Shown here: piece by piece, positions 8,556 to 16,093 of the stretch
Position numbering within the stretch: the first letter of the stretch is position 1
How the letters are laid out: each line of letters begins with the position of its first letter
NCBI GenBank assembly: GCA_963836925.1
Contig: CAWILJ010000001.1
Coordinates: forward strand, 39,965 to 103,964
From: an uncultured Actinomycetes bacterium
Lineage (GTDB): Bacteria > Actinomycetota > Thermoleophilia > Gaiellales > Gaiellaceae
Reading direction: 5' to 3'
Length of the DNA: 64,000 bases
Program-made: the position numbers and the translations under genes
Notes under the pieces: model-generated
What the model saw: the letters and a program-made list of their open reading frames with translations, nothing else
Database searches by the model: none
Told to the model about the DNA's origin: nothing

Positions 8556-8822
8556 TCGAACTGACCTCCTGTCGTCTCCAGAAGATGGGATTCTCGCTCG
8601 CGGGAGATGCCGCGTGAGATCGCCGAGGGGGAGAAGAGCTGCCTTCGATCCGCAAGGAAATCCGGAACGTAAACCGCTCGTCGACCTCGGCTACCTGAGC
8701 GACGTGCTCCTCTACCTCGCGCTCGTGGTCGACGGCGTGCCACTGGCCGCCATCGCGGCCGGGTGGCTCCTCGCCGGCCTGGAGCCGCCCGCGATTGCCA
8801 CGGCCGTCATCGAGTGACCGCC

Positions 8823-9827
8823 ATGCGGTTCCTCGTCTTGGGCGGAACGGCGTGGCTTGGCCGCTGCGTTGCGGACACGGCGGTGCAGCTGGGGCACGAG
8901 GTCACGTGTCTGGCTCGCGGCGGGTCTGGCGACGCTCCGCAAGACACGGTGCTCGTCCGCGCCGACCGCACCATGCCGGGCGCGTACGAACAAGTCGCCG
9001 ACAAGAGCTGGGAGGTCGTAGTCGATGTGACCCGCCAGCCCGGCCAAGCCAAGAGCGCCGTAGAAGCGCTGGCCCGATCCACCGAGCTTTTTGTCTTCGT
9101 GTCTTCCGGGAACGTCTACGCCGACCACAGCAAAGCGGGCCAAGACGAGAACGGCGCGCTGCTGGACGCGCTCGAGGGCGACGTCATGGAAAGCATGGAG
9201 ACCTACGGTCAAGCAAAGGTGGCGTGCGAAGAACACGTCAGGCGCGCCTTTGGGCCGGATCGAGCGTTGATCCTGCGCGTCGGACTCATCGGCGGCCCGG
9301 GAGATATCTTCGACCGTAGCGGCTACTGGCCCCTGCGGTTCGCTCGACCTGCCGCCGTCGACGGCTCGGTCCTCGTCCCCGATGCGCCGCACCTCCCGAC
9401 CCAGCTGATCGACGTTCGTGACCTTGCGGCATCAGTCGTCGATATGGGGACTCGCGGCGCGACCGGCACGTTCAACGCGACCGGCGAGACCGTGCTATTC
9501 CCACAGCACTTGGAGATCGCGCGCGCCGTCGCGGGCCACACGGGACCTGTCGTGCGAGCCGATCCGCACTGGCTGCTGTCCCAGGGCGTACAAGCGTGGA
9601 TGGGTGAGCGCTCACTACCCCTGTGGCTCGACGACCCCGACTGGGTCGGCTTTAACGCCAACGACAGCAGCAAGGCACGTCGCGCCGGGTTAACCACACG
9701 CCCCCTGAAACAGACCCTCGTAGACACCCTCGCCTGGGAAATGACCAGAGACCAGAGCCGCGCCCGGCAGGCAGGCCTCTCGGACGACGACGAGCGGAAG
9801 CTGCTTGCCGCCCTCGCAGTCGACTGA
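8823..9827 (+). CDS. NAD(P)-dependent epimerase/dehydratase-type (atypical SDR) oxidoreductase
   Basis: Internal ATG of ORF 8763..9827. The N-terminus MRFLVLGGTAWLGRCVA carries a GxxGxxG motif, and YGQAK is a YxxxK motif. Confidence 0.75.
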   Translation: MRFLVLGGTAWLGRCVADTAVQLGHEVTCLARGGSGDAPQDTVLVRADRTMPGAYEQVADKSWEVVVDVTRQPGQAKSAVEALARSTELFVFVSSGNVYADHSKAGQDENGALLDALEGDVMESMETYGQAKVACEEHVRRAFGPDRALILRVGLIGGPGDIFDRSGYWPLRFARPAAVDGSVLVPDAPHLPTQLIDVRDLAASVVDMGTRGATGTFNATGETVLFPQHLEIARAVAGHTGPVVRADPHWLLSQGVQAWMGERSLPLWLDDPDWVGFNANDSSKARRAGLTTRPLKQTLVDTLAWEMTRDQSRARQAGLSDDDERKLLAALAVD

Positions 9828-9907
9828 GAGCGGGTCGGCGCGGCCCACATCACCCGTACCCACGGCGGGACTCCCGCCGATCCCCGCTCAGCCCGGAAAC
9901 GCCACGA

Positions 9908-9954
9908 CCGGCCTGTCACGCCGGAGGTCGCGGGTTCGAGTCCCGTCGCTCTGG
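9908..9954 (+). pseudogene. orphan tRNA-Asp(GUC) 3' half (anticodon arm to discriminator)
   Basis: CCGGC-CTGTCAC-GCCGG AGGTC GCGGG-TTCGAGT-CCCGT CGCTCTG G matches the canonical bacterial tRNA-Asp anticodon arm, variable loop and T arm. No D arm and no complementary 5' acceptor strand (CAGAGCG) lie upstream. Confidence 0.55.
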
Positions 9955-10258
9955 TCGGTCGTGAGCGCGACGCGCCTGAACTCGTCGAAGTCGGTGTAGC
10001 GGCGAAGGTGCGCTCGATGTCCTCGCCCTCCGGGTTGACGCACGAGCGTGCGTCGACTTGACGACACACAGGAGAATGGGACGCAATGCGAATGAACTCA
10101 TCGCTCGCAAGCAGGCAACGCTACCCGGAACGGTGAGTGAACGGTTCCGTTTGCGTCCGGCGAAAGTGCGATCACTTGCGCCAAGTGTTTCGGAAGACAC
10201 TCCGACGAGGCTCCCCGGAAGCCAACTCTTCAGTCCGCGGGTCTGCGAGGCTGAGGGC

Positions 10259-10738
10259 GTGATCCGCCGGGTTGCGTCCGAGGATTGGGAGCGTCTCCGC
10301 GCCGTCCGCCTGCATGCGCTCGCTAGCGATCCTGAGGCATTTCTCGAGACGGTTGAGAACGCGCGGGCCTTCACTGATGACCATTGGCGCGAGCGTGCGC
10401 GGCCGACTGAGCGCAACGCGACATTCGTGTATGAACGCGCTGGCGCGTTCATGGGAATGGTGACGGCACTCGCGGGTGACGACGCGGAGGCGGTTTCCTT
10501 GGTCGGGGTGTGGGTCGCGCCCGATTTGCGTGGGACCGCGGTCGCGAGGGAGTTGGTCGAGTGCGTCGTGGAGTGGTCGCGCGGCGTCGGGCGCAGGCGC
10601 GTCGTCCTCTCTGTGGAGGCTGGCAATGAGCGCGCCGCCAGCTTTTTCGAGAGGTGCGGCTTCGTCGAACTCGAGGCGCCGCCGCCGCTCCCGTACAAAC
10701 CACGGCCTGGCAATCGCTTCTATGCGTACACCCTGTGA
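10259..10738 (+). CDS. GNAT family N-acetyltransferase
   Basis: Frame of ORF 10058..10738. GTG 10259 follows GAGGCTGAGGG. VIRRVASEDWERLRAVRLHALASDPEAF...VGVWVAPDLRGTAVARELVECVVEWSR..RVVLSVEAGNERAASFFERCGF is a typical acetyl-CoA-binding core. Confidence 0.75.
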   Translation: MIRRVASEDWERLRAVRLHALASDPEAFLETVENARAFTDDHWRERARPTERNATFVYERAGAFMGMVTALAGDDAEAVSLVGVWVAPDLRGTAVARELVECVVEWSRGVGRRRVVLSVEAGNERAASFFERCGFVELEAPPPLPYKPRPGNRFYAYTL

Positions 10739-11011
10739 CGTCTGAGGGCTCAGCCAGACGTCGGCTACGGGGACTGCGACAGGCGCGTCGACGAGCAGCG
10801 CGCCGAACGGCACGCCGACTGCGGCGGCGATGCGCTCGATGCGCCAGAGCCGCGGTGTGCGGGTGCCTTGCTCCCAGCTAAACCGTGTATTGACGACGAC
10901 GCCTGCCGCTTGGGCGGCTTGCTTCTGGGTGATTCTTGCGTCGAGACGCGCTTGTTGCAGGCGTTTGCCGAAGGCGATCTCCCAGGAAGGGTTGCTGAGA
11001 GGCGTTCTCAT
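10739..11011 (-). CDS. XRE-family HTH regulator (N-terminal about 90 aa supported; native C-terminus replaced)
   Basis: MRTPLSNPSWEIAFGKRLQQARLDARITQKQAAQAAGVVVNTRFSWEQGTRTPRLWRIERIAAAVGVPFGALLVD. Homology to the copy at 7784-8200 stops exactly at 10739, next to the GNAT stop. The formal ORF runs on to 10172, antisense to the GNAT gene. Confidence 0.55.
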
Positions 11012-11018
11012 TCATGTC

Positions 11019-11024
11019 AGTTTA
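11019..11024 (-). promoter_or_regulatory. -10-like TAAACT, 7 nt upstream of ATG 11011 (leaderless-type)
   Basis: The minus strand reads TAAACT-gacatga-ATG. Confidence 0.4.
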
Positions 11025-11158
11025 GGGGTTCACAGGGACGAATGTCCAAGCTCCCCGGCCGCCCCCAGCCCGCGGAGCACAGTCCAACTCGCGCCGCGAA
11101 GGGGCTGTAATCGGAGCCGTGCTCCGGTGACTTCCACATAGCCATGCGGGATACAGAC

Positions 11159-11181
11159 CGGGCGGGTACGCGGGCGGGTAC
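11159..11181. repeat. tandem direct repeat CGGGCGGGTAC x2 (12-nt period)
   Basis: Copies at 11159-11169 and 11171-11181. The core GCGGGTAC also occurs inverted at about 6410-6417, near the other island end. Confidence 0.6.
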
Positions 11182-11275
11182 AAACCGACATTCGACGGTT
11201 ACACCGCTTACATGAAAGCGGTGGCTGCTGATCTCGGAATGGGCCTCAAGCCAGGCTTCCAGCGAGGGAACCGGA

Positions 11276-11300
11276 CCGCTCGGCCTACCGGGCCGAGCGG
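11276..11300. repeat. perfect 10-bp inverted repeat CCGCTCGGCC-taccg-GGCCGAGCGG
   Basis: Read directly. On the plus strand it is followed by TCCCGATCTTTCG. No plus-strand gene lies upstream of it. Confidence 0.6.
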
Positions 11301-11336
11301 TCCCGATCTTTCGCTGAGGTCGAACGCGACGTCGGA

Positions 11337-11357
11337 GACCGGTGACCGGTGACCGGT
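11337..11357. repeat. three perfect tandem heptamers GACCGGT (each containing the palindrome ACCGGT)
   Basis: Copies at 11337-11343, 11344-11350 and 11351-11357, in the ORF-free region between the divergent XRE and protease genes. Confidence 0.7.
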
Positions 11358-11569
11358 TCTATGGGAGAGCCGCGCGAGCCGGCGTCCGAGATGCGGGGAC
11401 TGTCCAGTAACCACCCTCAGGAGGCGCGGCCCGCGCATCGACTGAGGGTATCGGGCGCGGACGTCCGCGGCGCAGCCCCGTTTGCGTGGGCTGGAGCGGG
11501 GCGGCGCGAATTGCTATTTGCGTCCATGCAGTAGACAGGCGTTACACGATGTATTACGGTGCGGCTGGG

Positions 11570-12418
11570 ATGGGTTCGTTGCGGCGTCAGACGGCTGTGG
11601 TCGTTGCGTTTGTAGCCTTGAGTGCGCTTGCTGCGTGCGTCTCGGCGCAGGCGGTGGTCGGCGGCGTGTTCGATGGAGATCAGCACCCGAACGTCGGTCT
11701 CGTCATTGCGCTTGATGCGCAGGGGAACTGGCTTTCGACCTGCACGGGCACGCTCATCGATGCCTCAACGGTGGTGACGGCGGCGCACTGTGTCGGAGGT
11801 GAGGATCTCGGTGCGCCGATCGCCCGGTTGATCGTCGACTTCGACCCCCAGCTCTCACAGAACCCGGACGGCAGTTATTACGCGAGCCGGTTCGTGAGCG
11901 GCACCGGCGAGTGGCCATCGGCGTTTCAGGACCTGTTCTCGCCCACCTCCGCCGTCCTTGCTGACGAGCAGTACGACATCGGGTTGATCCACCTCACCGC
12001 ACCCGCGGCGACCGTCTTCCCCGACATCAAGCCGGCCATGATCACAGGCCCGTTTACAAGCGACAGCTACGCCAGCGGAAACAAGAAGGATCCGGTGCTA
12101 CAGGTGGGCTACGGCGTTCAGCGTCAAGGATCGAAGGGGAACTCGTCGCCCTACTTCATCGACTACACGAGAAATCAGTCGCTGGTCACGCCTCGTACCG
12201 TCGACGACGGTCTGCTCTACTTCAAGACCAACCCAAACGACGCAAACGGCTACGGAGCCCCGTGTTTCGGCGATTCTGGCTCCCCGGTGATCCGCGACGG
12301 GATCCTCATAGGCATCTTTTCCGCAGTAGGTCCTAACTGCCAGAACTACGCTGTCGGTCCGCGCCTCGACGCGGGTCCGGCGCGCGCGTTCCTTCAGTCG
12401 CACGGCCTTGTGCCTTAG
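11570..12418 (+). CDS. secreted trypsin-like (S1 family) serine protease
   Basis: Signal peptide MGSLRRQTAVVVAFVALSALAACVSAQA, then VVGG...TAAHC (His), DIGLI (Asp) and GDSGSPV (Ser). ATG 11549 is an alternative start. Confidence 0.8.
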   Translation: MGSLRRQTAVVVAFVALSALAACVSAQAVVGGVFDGDQHPNVGLVIALDAQGNWLSTCTGTLIDASTVVTAAHCVGGEDLGAPIARLIVDFDPQLSQNPDGSYYASRFVSGTGEWPSAFQDLFSPTSAVLADEQYDIGLIHLTAPAATVFPDIKPAMITGPFTSDSYASGNKKDPVLQVGYGVQRQGSKGNSSPYFIDYTRNQSLVTPRTVDDGLLYFKTNPNDANGYGAPCFGDSGSPVIRDGILIGIFSAVGPNCQNYAVGPRLDAGPARAFLQSHGLVP

Positions 12419-12424
12419 TCTCGC

Positions 12425-12760
12425 TCAGAGCCTGTCGGTCGCCTCGCTCGCCTCTGCCTGTAGCGCGGCTTCGCTCCATCGGCCGTAGTGGTTCAGCGTC
12501 AGCTCGAGGCTCGCGTGGCCGAGCTGGGCGCGAATCCACTCAGGGTGGCGGCCCTGCTCGAGCATCCGGCGATCGAACGTCGAGCGGAACGAGTGGAAGG
12601 AGCGGGGGAGTCCCGTCTCGCCGAGCTTCAAGATCCCGGCGGCTTCGCGGGCGCGCTCCAGGACACGGGCGACGTAGGCGGCGTTGAGCCGTTCGCCGTC
12701 GCGGCCAGCGAACACCGGGCCGGTGCTCCTGGTTGCGGCCATCCGCTCGAACTCCTGCAC
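12425..12760 (-). pseudogene. tyrosine recombinase/integrase, C-terminal catalytic fragment only (5'-truncated)
   Basis: 111 aa containing HSFRSTF (HxxR) and LGHASLELTLNHYGRW (His...Tyr). An in-frame TAA lies 3 codons upstream, and only 76 nt separate it from the tRNA, so there is no room for the N-terminal roughly 200-250 aa. Confidence 0.7.
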
Positions 12761-12802
12761 CGCGCAAGGTTATGTTTTCTTACTAAGCAACTAATCCCAC
12801 AC

Positions 12803-12828
12803 AAAAAAGCCCCGTTTCCGGGGCTTTC
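12803..12828 (-). terminator. rho-independent terminator of tRNA-Gln
   Basis: Stem AAAGCCCCG/CGGGGCTTT with loop TTTC. Read on the minus strand it is followed by TTTTTTGTGT. Confidence 0.7.
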
Positions 12829-12836
12829 ATCTTGAG

Positions 12837-12907
12837 CTGCGGGACTAGGACTCGAACCTAGACTACCTGATCCAGAGTCAGGCGTCCTACCATTAGACGA
12901 TCCCGCA
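12837..12907 (-). tRNA. tRNA-Gln (anticodon CUG)
   Basis: Manual cloverleaf: acceptor TGCGGGA/TCCCGCA, D stem GTCT/GGAC, anticodon stem CCTGA/TCAGG with loop CT-CTG-GA, T arm CTAGG-TTCGAGT-CCTAG, discriminator G. CCA is not encoded. Confidence 0.85.
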
Positions 12908-12959
12908 GGGCGCCGACAGTTTAGCGCGGCAGCGTGGCCGGACTGCGTCAACGCTGATG

Positions 12960-12965
12960 TAGACT
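12960..12965 (+). promoter_or_regulatory. -10-like TAGACT, 6 nt upstream of ATG 12972 (leaderless-type)
   Basis: TAGACT-cgcgcg-ATG. Confidence 0.45.
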
Positions 12966-12971
12966 CGCGCG

Positions 12972-13820
12972 ATGGTCCGGTTCGACGGCAAGGTCGTGCT
13001 CGTCACGGGCGCCGCCGGGGGGCTCGGCCGGGCATATGCGCAGCTCTTCGCCGAGCGCGGCGCGACCGTCGTCGCGAACGACCTGCCGGGTGTCGCGCTC
13101 GACGGCGGCTGGCTCTCAGCGCCCGGCAGCGTCGCGACGCCGGAGGGCGGCGAGGCGATCGTCGCGAAGGCACGCGAGGAGTGCGGGCGGCTCGACGCCC
13201 TCGTCAACAACGCCGGGATCGCACGCCCGAACTACCTCGAGGACCTCGCCTGGGAAGATCTCCAGGCGACGATGGCGGTACATCTGCTCGGCGCGTTCCA
13301 CCTGACGAAGGCGGCGTGGCCGGCGCTCTCGGAGCACGGCGGCTCGGTCGTGAACACGAGCTCGGCGGTCGGCCTGTTCGGCCAGCAGCGCTCCTCGGGC
13401 TACGGCGCGGCGAAGATGGGGATCGTCGGGATGACGCGCGTGCTCGCGATCGAGGGCGCCTCGCGCGGGATCCGCGTGAACGCGATCGCCCCGGTCGGCG
13501 TCTCGGACATGGCGGGGGAGGTCTACGGGCCGCTGACGCCGAAGCTCGACCCGGCGCTCGTTGCCTCGGCGGTGGTCGCGCTCGCCCACGAGTCGTGCCC
13601 GCTCACGGGCCAGGTGGTCTCCGCCGGCGGCGGCAGGATCGCGCGGATCCGGATCGACGCCGAGGCAGGGCTGTTCGATCCGGCGCTCGATGTCGAGGCG
13701 GCAGCCGGCTACCTCGCCGGGATCCCGCCGAACGAGCCCGGCTCGGCGATGGAGGAGATCGACCTGATCAGGGTCAACTTCCCCGAGCTCACCGAGCCGA
13801 TGCGATACCCGGGGCCGTAG
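12972..13820 (+). CDS. SDR family oxidoreductase
   Basis: Motifs VLVTGAAGGLGRA (TGxxxGxG), NNAGI and YGAAK (YxxxK). Confidence 0.85.
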   Translation: MVRFDGKVVLVTGAAGGLGRAYAQLFAERGATVVANDLPGVALDGGWLSAPGSVATPEGGEAIVAKAREECGRLDALVNNAGIARPNYLEDLAWEDLQATMAVHLLGAFHLTKAAWPALSEHGGSVVNTSSAVGLFGQQRSSGYGAAKMGIVGMTRVLAIEGASRGIRVNAIAPVGVSDMAGEVYGPLTPKLDPALVASAVVALAHESCPLTGQVVSAGGGRIARIRIDAEAGLFDPALDVEAAAGYLAGIPPNEPGSAMEEIDLIRVNFPELTEPMRYPGP

Positions 13821-13825
13821 AGGCG

Positions 13826-14740
13826 CTAGACCTCGAGGCGGTACACCGGGACCAGGCGCTTCTCGGCCTCGGTGTCGATGTGCGCGAAGACCTCGACGTA
13901 GGGCTCCAGGCCCGAGCCCCGCAGCTTGGCCTTCAGCAGCGAGTCGATCTGGTAGATGCCGGCCGAGTTGTTCATCGTGATGTCGATCCGGATCGGCTTG
14001 TCCTCGCCGTCGCCGATCGACACGTCCTCGATGGCGGCGGCCGAGAGTGAGTGGATGCCGACGTGACCGCGCTCGAACGGGATGCGCGAGCGCCCCTGCT
14101 CCATGTCGAGCGCGTCTGCGACGCGCAGGATCCCGGCCTCGAGCGTCAGCGGCTCGCCGTCGGCACGGTGGCTGATGATCCCCTGCAGCACCTCGGACAC
14201 GACGACCGTGCGGTCCGGCTCGTCGTAGAGCCCGTCGAGGAGCTGCCGCAGCTTCGGCTCGGCGAGGAAGAGGCTGAAGTCCTCGTGGCCGTGGCGGTGC
14301 ACCGACATGCCGACGCAGTGGGTGAGCGCCGTCAGCGCGACGACCACCTCGGCGTCTGTGCCCTCCATCCCGTAGTCGGTCACCATCGCCGGCTCGATCC
14401 CGTGCTTGGTCAGCTGCCGTAGGAGCTTGAGCGCGATGTTCGTGACGATCTGGACGTGCACCCAGGAGTGGTCGTTGATCTCGAGCCGGACGACGGCGTT
14501 CACGTTCGCGACGTGCCACCAGCCCTTCAGCTGGTCGTCGCGGTTCACGCGGCCGATGAGGCGACGCAGCTTCTCGTTGCGCCGGACCGGGATGTTGATC
14601 CGCATCCGGGCCACCGCCTCGGCGGGCGTGAGGCGTACCTCCCGCTCGGCCTCGGCGGGGATCGGCGGCGTGATCGGCTCATCGCCGTCGACGTCGAGCG
14701 GGGCGGCCAGATCCTCGTCGGGCTCCACTGACCTGAGCAT
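13826..14740 (-). CDS. HD-domain metal-dependent phosphohydrolase-like protein
   Basis: Frame of ORF 13826..14839. NDHSWVHVQIV, HCVGMSVHRHGHEDFS and RVADALD resemble HD-superfamily motifs. ATG 14740 was chosen because codons 14741-14791 have poor GC3. Confidence 0.55.
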   Translation of the reverse strand: MLRSVEPDEDLAAPLDVDGDEPITPPIPAEAEREVRLTPAEAVARMRINIPVRRNEKLRRLIGRVNRDDQLKGWWHVANVNAVVRLEINDHSWVHVQIVTNIALKLLRQLTKHGIEPAMVTDYGMEGTDAEVVVALTALTHCVGMSVHRHGHEDFSLFLAEPKLRQLLDGLYDEPDRTVVVSEVLQGIISHRADGEPLTLEAGILRVADALDMEQGRSRIPFERGHVGIHSLSAAAIEDVSIGDGEDKPIRIDITMNNSAGIYQIDSLLKAKLRGSGLEPYVEVFAHIDTEAEKRLVPVYRLEV

Positions 14741-14791
14741 ACGTCCGCGTCGGACTGGCCGTCCTCCGGCCGATCTGTCATAGATCACGTC

Positions 14792-16093
14792 ATGCAGCAG
14801 GCGCACCCGGTCGGCCTGGCCGTCCACGACGACCTCCACAGGACGAGGCTAACCGTCTTCTTCCGGCTCATCCTCGCGATCCCGCACCTCCTCTGGTTCG
14901 TCGTCTGGTCGGTCGCCACGTTCTTCGCCGCGATCGCCGGCTGGGTGGTCGTGCTGGTCACGGGGCGGCTCCCGAACGGGCTGCACGGGTTCTTCTGCGC
15001 CTACATCCGCTACACGACCCACCTCTTCTCCTACCTCTACCTCGTGGCCGACCCGTACCCGGCGTTCAGCGGACGGCCTCTCGACGGGTATCCGGTCGAC
15101 CTGACGCTGCCCGAGCCCGCGCCGCAGCGGCGCCTCGTCGTCCTCGTGCGGGTCCTGCTCGCGATCCCCGCGTTGATCCTCTCGGCAACGCTCGCGGGCG
15201 GCGGCGCCTCGTACGCGTACTCGCGCGGCCGCCGGACCACGAACGGGACGACGGCGGGCGGGAACATCACCGGCATGGCGGCGCTCGCCGCGGTCCTGGG
15301 CTGGTTCGCCTCGATGGTGAAGGGCGAGATGCCGCGCGGCCTCCGGGACACCGGCGCCTTCGGGCTCGGTTATCGCGCGCAGGTCTTCGCGTATCTCCTG
15401 CTCGTCACCGAGCGCTACCCGAACTCCGACCCGCACGCGCTCCTGGGCGGCCTCGAGCCGCCGCCGCCCCACCCCGTCCGGCTCGAAGGTGATGCGCTCG
15501 ACCTTCGCCGCTCCCGCCTGACGGTGTTCTTCCGCCTCCCCCTCCTGATCCCGCACCTGTTCTGGCTCGGCCTCTGGGGGATCCTCGCGTTCCTCGCCGC
15601 GGTCCTGCAGTGGTTCGTGACGCTCTTCGCCGGCCGGCCGGCGCTCGTGTTCCACCGGTTCCTCTCGAGCTACGTCCGGTACGCGTTCCACGTCTACGCC
15701 TTCGGCTCGCTCGCGGCGAACCCGTTCCCCGGGTTCACGGGCAAGCCCGGGGTCTACCCGCTCGATCTCGTCCTGCCCGACCCCGGGCGGCAGAACCGCT
15801 GGAAGACCTTCTTCCGCGGCGTGCTCGTGATCCCGGCCGTGATGCTCACCGTCGGGCTGTGGGGCGTCCTCCTGGTCGCGTCGATCCTCATCTGGTTCAC
15901 GGCGCTCTTCACCGCGGAGGCGCCGGAGGGGATCCGCAACACCGCCGGCTGGTCACTGCGGTACATCGGCCAGACGAACGCCTACTTCTACCTCCTCACC
16001 GACGTCTACCCGCACTCGAGCCCGCTCGAAGGCACCGAGTCGGCGCCGGAGCAAGAACCGCTCCCAGGCCTGGAGCCCGTGCCGGCCGCGTGA
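14792..16093 (+). CDS. DUF4389-type integral membrane protein, internally duplicated
   Basis: There are two homologous halves. The first is HRTRLTVFFRLILAIPHLLWF...VADPYPAFSG. The second is RRSRLTVFFRLPLLIPHLFWL...AANPFPGFTG. Confidence 0.65.
   Translation: MQQAHPVGLAVHDDLHRTRLTVFFRLILAIPHLLWFVVWSVATFFAAIAGWVVVLVTGRLPNGLHGFFCAYIRYTTHLFSYLYLVADPYPAFSGRPLDGYPVDLTLPEPAPQRRLVVLVRVLLAIPALILSATLAGGGASYAYSRGRRTTNGTTAGGNITGMAALAAVLGWFASMVKGEMPRGLRDTGAFGLGYRAQVFAYLLLVTERYPNSDPHALLGGLEPPPPHPVRLEGDALDLRRSRLTVFFRLPLLIPHLFWLGLWGILAFLAAVLQWFVTLFAGRPALVFHRFLSSYVRYAFHVYAFGSLAANPFPGFTGKPGVYPLDLVLPDPGRQNRWKTFFRGVLVIPAVMLTVGLWGVLLVASILIWFTALFTAEAPEGIRNTAGWSLRYIGQTNAYFYLLTDVYPHSSPLEGTESAPEQEPLPGLEPVPAA

Larger units (their letters stand above)
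6283..12836. mobile_element. degraded integrative genomic island inserted in the tRNA-Gln 3' end
   Basis: Bounded by the tRNA-Gln direct repeats. A tyrosine-recombinase fragment abuts the intact tRNA and an excisionase-like gene lies at the far end. It contains XRE regulators, unrelated cargo, pseudogene fragments and visibly lower-GC ORF-poor stretches (about 6290-7700). Confidence 0.65.

Noticed and set aside
8614-8817. 67-aa ORF upstream of the epimerase gene with a hydrophobic C-terminus
   Set aside because: Only the last 45 aa or so look protein-like (VDLGYLSDVLLYLALVVDGVPLAAIAAGWLLAG..). There is no start signal. It may be a fragment of a decayed membrane protein, but the evidence is insufficient to call it.
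9879-9954. A complete tRNA-Asp gene
   Set aside because: Only the 3' 47 nt fit the cloverleaf. The upstream 30 nt provide neither a D arm nor a 5' acceptor strand complementary to CGCTCTG.
10172-11011. GNAT toxin / XRE antitoxin (type II TA) pair
   Set aside because: The genes are convergent and overlapping rather than co-oriented in an operon. The XRE gene's homology ends at the GNAT stop, which indicates a recombination junction. The GNAT looks like a generic acetyltransferase.
14741-14839. Longer form of the HD-domain protein starting at GTG 14839 (TAGCCT 6 nt upstream)
   Set aside because: It would overlap the divergent DUF4389 gene by 48 nt. Codons 14741-14791 have poor third-position GC (aga, gga, gga, cca, cga, gga, cgt), unlike the rest of the gene. 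The hexamer lies inside the DUF4389 coding sequence.
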